64,000 bases of DNA from Candidatus Thorarchaeota archaeon (GCA_048882385.1 JBHLRQ010000004.1:1-64000); one strand, 5' to 3'. Numbered from the stretch's first letter, positions 37,988 through 48,062 are shown. The notes: generated by a model not told the origin, from the sequence alone. Program-made: numbers and translations.

Positions 37988-38571
37988 GCATCGAGAATGA
38001 ACAAATCAATGAACAGGTCTTCCTCGAAAACTGGAAAGCCTATCCTATGAGGGAGCCTTACATCGCCAAAGTTGTAATCGACATGTGTACTGGAGGCGGA
38101 GAGGCTCTTACAAGAGCTGCTACAATTCTTGAAGAACTCAGTGGACAGACTCCAACACAATCAAAGGCTCGTCAGACAGTACGAGATTTCGGAATTCGCA
38201 GGAAAGAGCCCATTGCAGTACGAGTAACTCTCCGGCACAAGAAAGCGGAGAAGTTTCTTGTCAAGGCTCTGAAGGCAAAAGAAAACGTCCTACTGATTAA
38301 GAATTGGGATCTTGATGGCAACTTTGCTTTTGGGATTTCAGAACACATTGACATACCCGATGTGAAATACGATCCCCAACTTGGGATTCAAGGCATGAAT
38401 ATTACAGTGTGTATAGAACGTCCAGGCTTCAGAGTGAAGCGACGACGACGAAAGAAGACGAAAGTTCCATACAGGCATCGCCTGACTCCAGAGGAGAGTA
38501 TGGTCTTCGTCAAGAACAAGTTCGGTATTGAGATACTCGAAAAGGAGCGAGAACGGACATACCTATTCTGA
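37984..38571 (+). CDS. rpl5: 50S ribosomal protein uL5
   Basis: FGIRRKEPIA.RVTLR, GNFAFGISEHID, YDPQLGI. Confidence 0.97.
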   Translation: MSIENEQINEQVFLENWKAYPMREPYIAKVVIDMCTGGGEALTRAATILEELSGQTPTQSKARQTVRDFGIRRKEPIAVRVTLRHKKAEKFLVKALKAKENVLLIKNWDLDGNFAFGISEHIDIPDVKYDPQLGIQGMNITVCIERPGFRVKRRRRKKTKVPYRHRLTPEESMVFVKNKFGIEILEKERERTYLF

Positions 38572-38579
38572 GGTGAACT

Positions 38580-38750
38580 ATGATGAGTGCAAAGAAAGAT
38601 CGTCCTAAACGTAAGAGAATGGGTAAAGGCAGTAGAACATGCGTCCGTTGTGGTACACATCAAGCAATCATACGATCATATAGCTTGAACATGTGTAGAC
38701 GCTGTTTCAGAGAAACAGCGGAAAAGCTCGGGTTCAGAAAATATCAGTAA
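38580..38750 (+). CDS. rps14: 30S ribosomal protein uS14 (56 aa, not in the ORF track)
   Basis: [11 protein letters not shown]...[19 protein letters not shown]. Confidence 0.96.
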   Translation: MMSAKKDRPKRKRMGKGSRTCVRCGTHQAIIRSYSLNMCRRCFRETAEKLGFRKYQ

Positions 38751-38766
38751 GGAGGCTAAGGAGAAA

Positions 38767-39159
38767 GTGACACTACTAGACCCATTGGCTGACGCAATGT
38801 CAAACATCTACAATAGTGAGATAGTGGGCAAACCTGAGGTGGTTATAGCTCCAGCATCACGCTTGATTGAGAAAGTACTGCAAGTAATGCAGTCGAAAGG
38901 GTACATCGGAGAGTTCGAACGTATTGATGACGGAAAAGCAGGTCGATTTCGCATTCAACTCATGGGACGGACGAACAAATGCGGTGTAATAAAACCCAGA
39001 TTCCCTGTCCGTCGTGATGGTTTCGAGAAATTTGAGAAACGCTTCTTGCCGGCATATAACTATGGAATATTAATAGTTACAACGCCGGAGGGTGTGATGA
39101 CTCATCAAGATGCAAAGACACGTGGGATTGGGGGAAGACTACTAGCATATGTTTACTAA
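38767..39159 (+). CDS. rps8: 30S ribosomal protein uS8
   Basis: [26 protein letters not shown]. Confidence 0.97.
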   Translation: MTLLDPLADAMSNIYNSEIVGKPEVVIAPASRLIEKVLQVMQSKGYIGEFERIDDGKAGRFRIQLMGRTNKCGVIKPRFPVRRDGFEKFEKRFLPAYNYGILIVTTPEGVMTHQDAKTRGIGGRLLAYVY

Positions 39160-39172
39160 GGAGATCTGACTG

Positions 39173-39736
39173 ATGACTGAAGAAGCAATCTATGAACAAC
39201 GGATCGAGATTCCTAGTGAATGTCAGGTTTCCCTAGAAGAGAAAACTATCACAGTCAATGGCCCAAAGGGTTCATTGGTACGTTCTTTCCCAGAACCTCA
39301 GACTCATATCAAGATTGATGGGAATGAGCTAATAGCATCTACTCACATTAATCGAAAAAGAGCTAAAGCTCTTGTTGGAACAGTTGTTGCTCATGTTCGC
39401 AACATGCTAGTCGGTGTGCAACACGGTTTTGAATATGAGATGAAGGTTGTATATAGTCACTTTCCGATTACCGTGGAGGTAATGGACAAGAAAGTGATTA
39501 TCAAGAACTTCATTGGAGAGAGGGGTATAAGAACAGCTCGTCTGATTGGTGATGTCGAAGTCAGAACAACAGAGGATGAAGTCTTCATCAGCGGAATCAA
39601 CATTGAACACGTATCACAGAGTGCAGCCAATATTCAGCAAGCATGCAAGATACGTGATAAAGACCGACGAATCTTCCTTGACGGAATCTATGTGATTAGG
39701 AAGAGGAAAGGCGAGGAAATGAAGTCAATAGTATAG
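39173..39736 (+). CDS. rpl6: 50S ribosomal protein uL6
   Basis: GPKG, VYSHFPI, NFIGER, DRRIFLDGIY. Confidence 0.97.
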   Translation: MTEEAIYEQRIEIPSECQVSLEEKTITVNGPKGSLVRSFPEPQTHIKIDGNELIASTHINRKRAKALVGTVVAHVRNMLVGVQHGFEYEMKVVYSHFPITVEVMDKKVIIKNFIGERGIRTARLIGDVEVRTTEDEVFISGINIEHVSQSAANIQQACKIRDKDRRIFLDGIYVIRKRKGEEMKSIV

Positions 39737-39749
39737 GAGAGGGAATGAT

Positions 39750-40577
39750 ATGTCCAAGAAACCAAAACTGAGCGATGTTCCAGGAGTTGGACCAGCAATG
39801 GAAGAAAAACTTCGGGATGCTGGTATCAAGACAGTCGTTAGTCTATCGAAGATGGATCCTAAGAAACTCTCTGAAAAGGTAGAAGGTGTCGGTGAAGCCA
39901 GTGCCAAGAGTTTCATTTCTGAAGCAAAGAAATTGATTCCAAAGGATGCCGCGAAGCCCAAAGAAAAGGCTCCCGGGAAACCTAAGAAGAAGGCTGAAAC
40001 CAAAGCTAAAGCAGAGAAAGCCAAACTGAAAAAGAAGGTTTCAGAAGAGAAACCAAAGCTTAAGAAGAAAAAAGCTGCTGCACCCAAAAAGAAGAAGGTC
40101 ACACCAAAGAAGAAACCCAAAGTGGAAGTCCCTCTCAGAGTCAAAAATACTGACCAGCGTCTATTGAGGATTGCTAGACAGAAAAAGAAACGCATGCCTC
40201 AATTCCGTCATGAGCAAGCGCACAGATGGATTCGTGTAAGCGACAATTGGCGAAAGGTAAGAGGAATAGACAGTGCAACTCGTGAAAAAAGTAAGGGACG
40301 AATTGCAATGGTGTCCTCAGGATATCGAACCCCAAAGGCTGTTAGAGACCTACATCCATCACTCTATGTTGAGGTGAGAGTTCACAGACCTTCTGAGATT
40401 GAGAATCTCGACCCTGAAGTGCATGCTGTTAGAATTGCAGCAACAGTAGGTTCTAGGAAGAAACAAGAGATACTTGCGGCAGCAGATGCCAAACTTCTAC
40501 GTGTTCTCAATCCTGGTAGGAGCGAAGAAATCGGTGAGGAAGACCTCTTCACAGATCTTGATTTGGAGGTGGATTAG
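39750..40577 (+). CDS. rpl32e: 50S ribosomal protein eL32 with N-terminal HhH domain and Lys-rich linker
   Basis: WRKVRGIDS, GYRTPKAVRDLHPS core; VPGVGP and VEGVGE HhH motifs. Confidence 0.93.
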   Translation: MSKKPKLSDVPGVGPAMEEKLRDAGIKTVVSLSKMDPKKLSEKVEGVGEASAKSFISEAKKLIPKDAAKPKEKAPGKPKKKAETKAKAEKAKLKKKVSEEKPKLKKKKAAAPKKKKVTPKKKPKVEVPLRVKNTDQRLLRIARQKKKRMPQFRHEQAHRWIRVSDNWRKVRGIDSATREKSKGRIAMVSSGYRTPKAVRDLHPSLYVEVRVHRPSEIENLDPEVHAVRIAATVGSRKKQEILAAADAKLLRVLNPGRSEEIGEEDLFTDLDLEVD

Positions 40578-40579
40578 TA

Positions 40580-41026
40580 TTGAAACTCAGCACTCAGAAG
40601 AGATTAGCTGCGGATGTATTGAAAGTGGGCAAATCCAGAGTTTGGATTGACCCCAGTTTCGAAGACGAGGTTAGCCTAGCAATAACTAGAGATGATATTC
40701 GCCGTCTTGTAGATGAAGGTGCAATTCAAAAGAAACCTATACGGGGCGTTAGTAGAGGACGCGCTCGGTATAATCTCCGGCAGAAAAGGAAAGGCCAAAG
40801 ATCAGGACCTGGAAGAAAGAAAGGCAAAGCTACATCCAAGCTAAGCAGCAAAGATCGATGGATGATGAAGATTAGACCCTTACGTAAAGAGCTGAAGAAG
40901 CTCAGAGATGAAGGGAAGATAACAAGCAGAGTGTACAGAGAGTTGTATCTGAAAGCAAAAGGTAATGCTTTCCGTAACACTGCTCACCTTAGAACGTATA
41001 TCGCAGAACGGAGGCTGTCCAAATAA
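40580..41026 (+). CDS. rpl19e: 50S ribosomal protein eL19
   Basis: QKRLAA, RVWIDP, AITRDDIR, LYLKAKGN.F. Confidence 0.97.
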   Translation: MKLSTQKRLAADVLKVGKSRVWIDPSFEDEVSLAITRDDIRRLVDEGAIQKKPIRGVSRGRARYNLRQKRKGQRSGPGRKKGKATSKLSSKDRWMMKIRPLRKELKKLRDEGKITSRVYRELYLKAKGNAFRNTAHLRTYIAERRLSK

Positions 41027-41781
41027 TGGCACAAGGACCAACATATAGGGTGAAGTTTCGGCGCAGGAGAGAAGGCAAAACAAACTACTATCGCCGAAGA
41101 CGTCTGCTTCAATCAAGACGTCCAAGACTTGTCGTCAGAAAAACAAACACTTCAACTATCGTACAAATCATAAACGCAAGTGTAGTTGGAGATTCAACTG
41201 TAGCTTCTGCGACATCAACAGAACTCACGAAGCATGGATGGATTGCAGGGACTGGAAATCTCCCTGCAGCATACCTGACTGGATTGCTTGCCGGTTTGCG
41301 AGCAAAAAGCAGAGGTGTGAATGGTGCAGTTCTAGATGTTGGACTAAATCCGCCGGTAAAGGGTTCGAGAATTTATGCAGCATTGAGAGGAGCTGTTGAT
41401 GCAGGGCTTGAGGTACCTCATGATCCAAACATCCTCCCAGATGAATCCAGAATTTCAGGCGAGCACATTGTGGCATCCTTTGATCATTTTGGAACCGATT
41501 CACACATGTTCAGTGATTTGGGTAAGAAGAAGACCAATATCTCAACGATACCGAAGAAATTCAATACTGTGAAAAAAGCTATAGAAGACATACCTGCTGC
41601 TGAGTTGAAGAAGAAAAAGACACGCAAGGCTCCTGCCAAGGCAGCAGCAAAGCCCAAAGCAAAGAAACCAAAGAAAGAGAAACCCTCTGTATCGCCTCCA
41701 AGGGCTGTACCTCGGAAACCAAAACCGAAGAAGCTTATCGCACGAGGCAAGGGTAGGAAAGGTAAGAGGCGAGCGAAATAG
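41026..41781 (+). CDS. rpl18: 50S ribosomal protein uL18 with Lys-rich tail
   Basis: YRVKFRRRREGKTNY, NLPAAYLTGLL, GEHI. Confidence 0.97.
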   Translation: MAQGPTYRVKFRRRREGKTNYYRRRRLLQSRRPRLVVRKTNTSTIVQIINASVVGDSTVASATSTELTKHGWIAGTGNLPAAYLTGLLAGLRAKSRGVNGAVLDVGLNPPVKGSRIYAALRGAVDAGLEVPHDPNILPDESRISGEHIVASFDHFGTDSHMFSDLGKKKTNISTIPKKFNTVKKAIEDIPAAELKKKKTRKAPAKAAAKPKAKKPKKEKPSVSPPRAVPRKPKPKKLIARGKGRKGKRRAK

Positions 41782-41790
41782 GGGTGATAT

Positions 41791-42480
41791 GTGATGAGTA
41801 AACAACAAAGAGGACGACGAAGGAGACAACCTCGAGCAGAAATCAATCCACTTGATGAATGGATTCCGAAAACAAAACTCGGCAGGCTTGTGAAAGAGGG
41901 ACACATCAACTCGATTGAAGAAATCATGCAGAGCAACTATAGAATCAGGGAGCCAGAAATTGTTGATGCTCTGTTTCCCGATCTTCGACAAGAAGTTGTA
42001 GATGTCACTCTCGTACAACGACAGTCTGACAGCGGACAGCAGAAAAGCTTCAGAATTACTGTTGTTGTTGGAAACGGAGAAGGAGTTCTTGGAATCGGTG
42101 TTGGAAAAGCCCCTGAATTTGTGCCATCAGTACGTGCAGCAGAATCCAGAGCAAAACTCAACATAATGATGTTCCGCAGAGGTTGTGGCTCATGGGAATG
42201 TCGTTGTGATGATCCTCACAGTATTCCATTCCAAGTGATGGGCTCATCTGGTTCAGTAAATGTCACATTGAGACCTGCACCAAAGGGAACAGGACTTGTA
42301 ACAGCAGATGTAGGAAAGATTGTGTTGAGGATAGCTGGTCTACACGATGTTTGGTCAATCACAAAGGGACGGTCACGAACTTCGTCTAACTTTGCAAAAG
42401 CGTTCGTCAACGCACTTTCACAGACATACAAGATGCTTCCACCCCAAGAGTGGGGTACAACAGGAGTGACTGAGATATGA
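41791..42480 (+). CDS. rps5: 30S ribosomal protein uS5
   Basis: WIPKTKLGRLV, RGCGSWEC, PAPKGTGL. Confidence 0.97.
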   Translation: MMSKQQRGRRRRQPRAEINPLDEWIPKTKLGRLVKEGHINSIEEIMQSNYRIREPEIVDALFPDLRQEVVDVTLVQRQSDSGQQKSFRITVVVGNGEGVLGIGVGKAPEFVPSVRAAESRAKLNIMMFRRGCGSWECRCDDPHSIPFQVMGSSGSVNVTLRPAPKGTGLVTADVGKIVLRIAGLHDVWSITKGRSRTSSNFAKAFVNALSQTYKMLPPQEWGTTGVTEI

Positions 42481-42959
42481 GTGAAACAGAGAAGGTTGTG
42501 CTAGCGATTAGAGTCAGAGGACAAGTCAAAGTCAGACCTCAGATTGAAGACACTCTAGACAAGCTTCTATTGGGTCGACTTCATCAGGCCAGGTTGATCA
42601 AAGTAACACCAAGTCTACAGGGTATGATCACAAAGGCAAAAGATTACATCACTTGGGGAGAACCAAGTGAGGAAGTAATCGAGAGACTTCTCACTAAGAG
42701 AGGCCGGCTGCCTGGAAACAAAAGACTGACAGATGCATATGTGAAGAAGAACTCGAAACTCAGCAGCATCAAGGCACTGGCTAAGGCTATTGCAAGTGGC
42801 AAAGCAACAATGTCTGATGTTGAAGGATTGAAACCAATCTTTAGATTGACTCCTCCCAGTAAGGGCTACAAGGGAAAGAAGAACCTGCCAATAGAGATGG
42901 GGGGAATCACAGGATATCGCGGGGAAGAAATCAACGATCTAACCCTGCGAATGCTTTGA
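42477..42959 (+). CDS. rpl30: 50S ribosomal protein uL30
   Basis: IRVRG, DYITWGE, FRLTPP.KG, GYRG..IN.L. Confidence 0.96.
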   Translation: MSETEKVVLAIRVRGQVKVRPQIEDTLDKLLLGRLHQARLIKVTPSLQGMITKAKDYITWGEPSEEVIERLLTKRGRLPGNKRLTDAYVKKNSKLSSIKALAKAIASGKATMSDVEGLKPIFRLTPPSKGYKGKKNLPIEMGGITGYRGEEINDLTLRML

Positions 42960-42970
42960 GGTGAACGCAA

Positions 42971-43501
42971 ATGTCTTGGGACGATGATGATGAAACTCGG
43001 AGAAAACTCCGACGTTGGTTTGGGGACTACATACCAGAAGAAATGTTTCGGATGATCGAAGAAATGATGGAGAAAATGATGAGCGAGATGAATGAAGGCT
43101 CCTTGTTTGATAGTAAAGCCTTTGAGGAAATGCTCAGAAACCCTGAGGGAACAAGTCCTTTCGTCTTCGGATTTTCAATGAATGTTGGTCCCGATGGAAA
43201 ACCCATCATCAAGAGATTTGGCAACCCATCTGGAGATGTAGGTGTAGAACCATCACCAAGCCTTGAACCCCTTGTGGATGTTGTCGAGGAGAACGACGAG
43301 ATTATTGTGGTTGCAGAAGTTCCAGGCGTAGAGAGAGATGAAATAAAGGTTCGAATCAAGGGAACAACTCTTACAATTCATTCTGAGAACCTTGAACGAC
43401 CATATCACAAGGTCATTGAACTTCCAAGCAAAGTGACGAAAGACGAAGCGAAATCAGCCATTCGTAATGGCGTACTGGAGGTACGTCTCAAGAAAGCATA
43501 G
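42971..43501 (+). CDS. hsp20: Small heat shock protein (archaeal Hsp20)
   Basis: PFVFGFSMNVGPDGKP..RFGN, EPLVDV, AEVPGV, NGVLEV. Confidence 0.95.
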   Translation: MSWDDDDETRRKLRRWFGDYIPEEMFRMIEEMMEKMMSEMNEGSLFDSKAFEEMLRNPEGTSPFVFGFSMNVGPDGKPIIKRFGNPSGDVGVEPSPSLEPLVDVVEENDEIIVVAEVPGVERDEIKVRIKGTTLTIHSENLERPYHKVIELPSKVTKDEAKSAIRNGVLEVRLKKA

Positions 43502-43516
43502 GTTGGAGAGATATCG

Positions 43517-43966
43517 ATGCAAAAACGAAGATCAAAGAAAATCAACAAGATGCGAGGACGTCGTGCATCAGGTTATGGACACACAAAGGGTCATCGAGCT
43601 TCAGGGCAGAGAGGTGGCAAAGGCATGGCAGGTTCCAAAAAACATCACTACATCAAAGTCATGCAGGAAGACCCAAGATATTTTGGAAAATGGGGATTCA
43701 AGAGACCTCAGAAACTCATTGATAACCTAGTAGTTCTAAACATCGGAGATATCGATGAGGCGGCTGACAGACTTGTGGCAAGAGAGTTAGCCACAATGAA
43801 AGGCAAGCAGTATAATATTGATGTTTCAAAGCTTGGAATTGACCGAATACTAGGATCTGGAAAAGTAACCCGGAAGCTGAATCTTACGGGTGTGAAAGCA
43901 ATCACTCCAAGAGCCAGGGAAAAAGTCACTGGTATTGGAGGAACAGTCGATCTTCCAGAAGAATAG
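43517..43966 (+). CDS. rpl15: 50S ribosomal protein uL15
   Basis: GQRGGKGMAG, YFGKWGF, ILGSG. Confidence 0.96.
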   Translation: MQKRRSKKINKMRGRRASGYGHTKGHRASGQRGGKGMAGSKKHHYIKVMQEDPRYFGKWGFKRPQKLIDNLVVLNIGDIDEAADRLVARELATMKGKQYNIDVSKLGIDRILGSGKVTRKLNLTGVKAITPRAREKVTGIGGTVDLPEE

Positions 43967-44045
43967 TACAGGTTTGAAACTGACCACTAGCTTTAAAGGT
44001 AAAGGTCAGCTGGACCCCGAAAAGTACCTGCAGGAGGCAAAATGA

Positions 44046-45569
44046 ATGCCTAGCACATTCCTAAAAGCATTATCACCATTTGTTAGGATAATGCCTGAAG
44101 TAAAGGCACCAGATAGAGAGGTTTCTTTTCGTGAGAAATTCGTCTGGACTGCCCTTATTCTCATAATATTCCTCATCATGTCGCATCTACCTCTCTATGG
44201 TGTCGACAAGACCGTAGGAACTGACTACCTTTGGGCCATGCGAGTTATTCTTGCTAGCACTCGTGGAACTCTGATGGAGCTTGGAATAGGACCAATTGTT
44301 ACTGCAGGTCTGGTCATGCAGCTTCTATCAGGTTCAAAAATCATCAATGTAGATTTCGGAGACCCCGAGGACAGAGCCCTCTTTACCGGAGGTCAGAAAG
44401 TCCTGGCAATGTTCATGACTGCCTTTCAAGCCATTGCATACATTATGGGCGCTGCATACGGCAACCTAACTCCTACAGCAGCGGTCCTTGTATTCATCCA
44501 ACTATTCCTTTCTGGCATCATCGTCATTCTCATGGATGAGTTGGTTCAGAAGGGGTGGGGTCTTGGTTCGGGTGTATCTTTGTTCATCATGACCAACGTC
44601 GCGGGTCAGGTATTGTTCAACTCACTGAACTTCATTGACACAGAGGTTTCTTCACCCGTTGGGTACATGAATGGAACTGAAGCCAATCCAGTACCTACAA
44701 ATCTACCAAAGGGAATCGTAGCGGCCTTACTCAGCAACCTATTGAGATTCTTTAATATTGGCACTACCCAGGGCGATGCTGTTGACGCAGCGTGGTTCTT
44801 TGTACGAAATGGCTTTGACCCTAGTCTGCTCTCGTTGATAGTGACGTTTGTCATATTCTTCGCTGTCATCTGGATGGAATCTGTTCGAGTGGAGATTCCT
44901 CTGCAATATGCAAAATACAGAGGAATGAAGGCACGGTATCCAATAAAGCTCCTCTATACATCAAACATCCCAGTCATTCTTGCTCAGGCGCTTTATGCCA
45001 ACATTCTGTTCTTTGGGCAGATGATCTGGGGAGCGTTCAACTCTGACGGTTCAAATCCATTCCTGAGCTGGATAGGCATCTTTGAACGAGATCCTGATAG
45101 TGGGCGTATGCTTGCAACAGAAGGATTAGCAAAGTACATCACGCCACCTCAGGGTGTCTTTCGGCTCATAGAAGAAGGCACGGAAGGATGGCTTCACATC
45201 TTTATCTACTCTGCGCTCATGATACTGCTATGTTGGGGCTTCTCGAAAATCTGGGTAGACATTTCAGGAATAGCACCAAGAGACGTTTCAAGACAGCTTC
45301 TCAATTCAGGATATATCATTCCTGGATTCAGAACCAGCGAGAAGGTCCTCGAAAGACTGTTGGAGAGATACATTCCAATTGTAGCTGGATTGGGTGGATT
45401 ATTGATAGGGATACTTGCTGCGGCTGCAGATGTCATGGGAGCGTTAGCGAGTGGTACTGGAATATTGCTAATGGTATCAATCATCAAACAGTACTATGAG
45501 CAGATAGCCAAGGAACAGCTTGCTGGTATGAGCGGCGAAGGTGCAGCTGGACTACTTGGAATATTATAA
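44046..45569 (+). CDS. secY: Preprotein translocase SecY/Sec61-alpha
   Basis: GTLMELGIGPIVTAG, GLGSGVSLFI, YPIKLLYTSNIP, IPGFR, SGTGILL. Confidence 0.98.
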   Translation: MPSTFLKALSPFVRIMPEVKAPDREVSFREKFVWTALILIIFLIMSHLPLYGVDKTVGTDYLWAMRVILASTRGTLMELGIGPIVTAGLVMQLLSGSKIINVDFGDPEDRALFTGGQKVLAMFMTAFQAIAYIMGAAYGNLTPTAAVLVFIQLFLSGIIVILMDELVQKGWGLGSGVSLFIMTNVAGQVLFNSLNFIDTEVSSPVGYMNGTEANPVPTNLPKGIVAALLSNLLRFFNIGTTQGDAVDAAWFFVRNGFDPSLLSLIVTFVIFFAVIWMESVRVEIPLQYAKYRGMKARYPIKLLYTSNIPVILAQALYANILFFGQMIWGAFNSDGSNPFLSWIGIFERDPDSGRMLATEGLAKYITPPQGVFRLIEEGTEGWLHIFIYSALMILLCWGFSKIWVDISGIAPRDVSRQLLNSGYIIPGFRTSEKVLERLLERYIPIVAGLGGLLIGILAAAADVMGALASGTGILLMVSIIKQYYEQIAKEQLAGMSGEGAAGLLGIL

Positions 45570-45570
45570 G

Positions 45571-45598
45571 TCAGGGGAAGGCATTGGTCTTCCCTTGA
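45571..45598 (+). terminator. Hairpin directly after secY
   Basis: TCAGGGGAAGGC-ATTG-GTCTTCCCTTGA 12-bp stem (with G-U pairs); no strong U-tract. Confidence 0.5.
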
Positions 45599-45709
45599 TG
45601 GATTTATCCAAAGCGAATTCCGACAGCATTGCAAGTTAGTTTTATGAATTTTATAGATAGAAGACTTTTTGAAAAAGCACCTATTTACTTATACCAGGTG
45701 TGAAAATAC

Positions 45710-46684
45710 GTGGATGATTGGAGAAGTTATCTGAAATTTGATCCAATCCCTCTACTTGCTTCTGCGTCAAATGATGCGCTCAGATTTCAAGTGTCGCGCG
45801 ATTTACTTGGAGAAACCCATGATTCCATTGAGATTCTATGGAAAATGAGGGAAGTTAGAGGATTACTCCGTAAACAGCAAGATGATGGGTCATGGCGATA
45901 TCCCAATCCTAAAGAAGAAATCAGATCACTCAGAGGATATAATCAGATAGAAACCTTCAGAATACTTGCCATCCTGATTGAAAAATATCTACTGAATAGA
46001 GAACATCCTGCTATCGAAGCAGCGGCTGAATTCCTTTTCAGTTGTCAAACAGAAGACGGAGATTTTCGAGGTGTATATTGGAATCAGTATACCCCAAACT
46101 ATTCAGCTGCATTCATGGAACTACTCATAAAAGCGGGCTACCAAGATGACAATCGTATAAGGTTGGGACTTGATTGGTTGCTTTCATTTCGTCAAGATGA
46201 CGGAGGTTGGGTAATCCCATTTAGGACTGCGAATCTAGGACTCAAAGAATCAATGACTCTGCAAGAACCGGTCAAACCTGATAGAAGTAAGCGGTTCTCA
46301 CATATGGCAACAGGTGTTGTTCTAAGAGCATTTGCTGCACATCAAGAATATCTAAAACTTCCAGAGGTGAAAACAGCAGGAGAATTGCTGGCATCGCGTA
46401 TCTTTAAGGCAGATGCATATACCGACCGAAAGGCGCCTGAGTTCTGGACTAGATTTTCATTTCCATTCTGGTTCACAGACCTTCTTTCTAGTCTTGATTC
46501 TCTCTCTAAGTTGAGTCTATCAATTGATGTACCTGGAATTCGAGAGGGTGTAGACTGGTTCATTGATCAACAAAAGAAGCATGGCCTCTGGAAACTAAAA
46601 TTGGTGAGAGGAGTAGGTGATAAAAGCCAGAATCTATGGGTCAACTTTATCATCTGTAGAACTTTGAAACGGTTGCTTGACTAG
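45710..46684 (+). CDS. Prenyltransferase/squalene-cyclase repeat (alpha-alpha barrel) protein
   Basis: QW-like repeats QQDDGSW, QTEDGDF, QDDGGW, QKKHGLW. Confidence 0.85.
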   Translation: MDDWRSYLKFDPIPLLASASNDALRFQVSRDLLGETHDSIEILWKMREVRGLLRKQQDDGSWRYPNPKEEIRSLRGYNQIETFRILAILIEKYLLNREHPAIEAAAEFLFSCQTEDGDFRGVYWNQYTPNYSAAFMELLIKAGYQDDNRIRLGLDWLLSFRQDDGGWVIPFRTANLGLKESMTLQEPVKPDRSKRFSHMATGVVLRAFAAHQEYLKLPEVKTAGELLASRIFKADAYTDRKAPEFWTRFSFPFWFTDLLSSLDSLSKLSLSIDVPGIREGVDWFIDQQKKHGLWKLKLVRGVGDKSQNLWVNFIICRTLKRLLD

Positions 46685-46749
46685 GAGCAGACTTTATAAC
46701 AGGTTCATTTAACCAGCGCCTTATCTTCGAAGGATAGTGTAACTTCTCA

Positions 46750-47340
46750 ATGACCGAATCTCGAAATGTTGTGATTGTGACGGGCATTCCAGGTGTTGGA
46801 AAAACTACTGTGATTAACACGGCTGTGGAGCAAATCAAAGAGAAGCGTAACGAGGAGGTTCTCATTCTAACAATAGGTACAGAGATGTTTGAGATAGCTG
46901 AAAAAGAAGGCCATGTTAAGGATCGAGATGAGTTGCGGAAGCTACCAACATCTCTGCAGAGAGAGATTCAAAGAAAAGCAGGAGTGTCTATAGCTGAAAA
47001 GTCCAAGGCTGCTCGGACTATTGTTGACACTCATACACTCATTCAGACCAGAAACGGGTATTTGATAGGTTTGCCAGAGTGGGTAGTTAATGCAATTAAA
47101 CCTAAGACAATAGTCTTGGTGGAGGCAGACTCAGAAAAAATTGCCAGTCGAAGGTCGGGGGATGAAACTCGAACACGAGATGCTCAAGCTGTGACAGATA
47201 TTCAAGTGCATCAAGAGATGTGCAGAGCTGCTGCTGTATCAGTGGGCACTATTACTGGAGCAACCGTCAGAATAATCAAGAACCGTGAAGGTTTAGTAGA
47301 GGAAGCAGCTTCTGAACTTGCGTACACAATAATGGAGTAA
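46750..47340 (+). CDS. adkA: Archaeal adenylate kinase
   Basis: GIPGVGKTT, DRDELRKL, VDTH, GLP.WV. Confidence 0.96.
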   Translation: MTESRNVVIVTGIPGVGKTTVINTAVEQIKEKRNEEVLILTIGTEMFEIAEKEGHVKDRDELRKLPTSLQREIQRKAGVSIAEKSKAARTIVDTHTLIQTRNGYLIGLPEWVVNAIKPKTIVLVEADSEKIASRRSGDETRTRDAQAVTDIQVHQEMCRAAAVSVGTITGATVRIIKNREGLVEEAASELAYTIME

Positions 47341-47346
47341 ACTGAC

Positions 47347-47901
47347 ATGCAGGACATACTTGGCGATTTTCTATTGTGGTTCACTGTTATGTTCAAAGAC
47401 CCGCCAATGGCAGGTCTCTTCATTCTCTTCGTTTCGATGAGCATTTCGACAATGAGCAATCTCGCCATGAGACGTTTCACGGATATGCGGCGACTGAACA
47501 AGCAACAAGCGGAAATCAAGAAGTACAGAGAGATGGAGCAGGAAGCAAAGAAGACACAGAACGAGAAGCTCCTCAAGAAGCTCAGGAAAAGAAAAGCCTA
47601 CATCGATCGTATTCAAAGAGAACAGATGGGAGCGCGATGTAAACCATCACTGATATTCTTCATTCCGTTTATCTTCATATTCTCATTTCTAAGGACTTTT
47701 TACAATACTGGAGGTGTTGACGACATAGTCGTCGTTCTTCCATTTAATATCCAAAAAGTTCTGCCGTTCCTAGTAGGAATGATTGGTGCCCCTTCAGCTG
47801 CTGGTTTCGGTCTCAGCTTTTATGGGTTCTATTTCATTGTAGGACTCGGTCTTTCAAGCATCCTTCAAAGAATCATGGGAACTCAGGTTCTCACAAACTA
47901 G
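47347..47901 (+). CDS. DUF106 / EMC3-TMCO1 (Oxa1 superfamily) membrane protein
   Basis: TM - coiled coil - TM topology in the conserved adk-DUF106-rpl34e-cmk context. Confidence 0.9.
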   Translation: MQDILGDFLLWFTVMFKDPPMAGLFILFVSMSISTMSNLAMRRFTDMRRLNKQQAEIKKYREMEQEAKKTQNEKLLKKLRKRKAYIDRIQREQMGARCKPSLIFFIPFIFIFSFLRTFYNTGGVDDIVVVLPFNIQKVLPFLVGMIGAPSAAGFGLSFYGFYFIVGLGLSSILQRIMGTQVLTN

Positions 47902-48062
47902 ATTCCAATACGTGAATTGCGTGACGAGTTTGACAGAGATTTGACGGATTTTGTTCGTCTTGTCGGTGGATATTGCAAGATGTGAGAGGAAATCCTCGCG
48001 ACACCGCTTTGCTTAAAAGGAAAGTCTAGACGGTCCCCAGAGAGAAAGACAGGTGTCATAAA

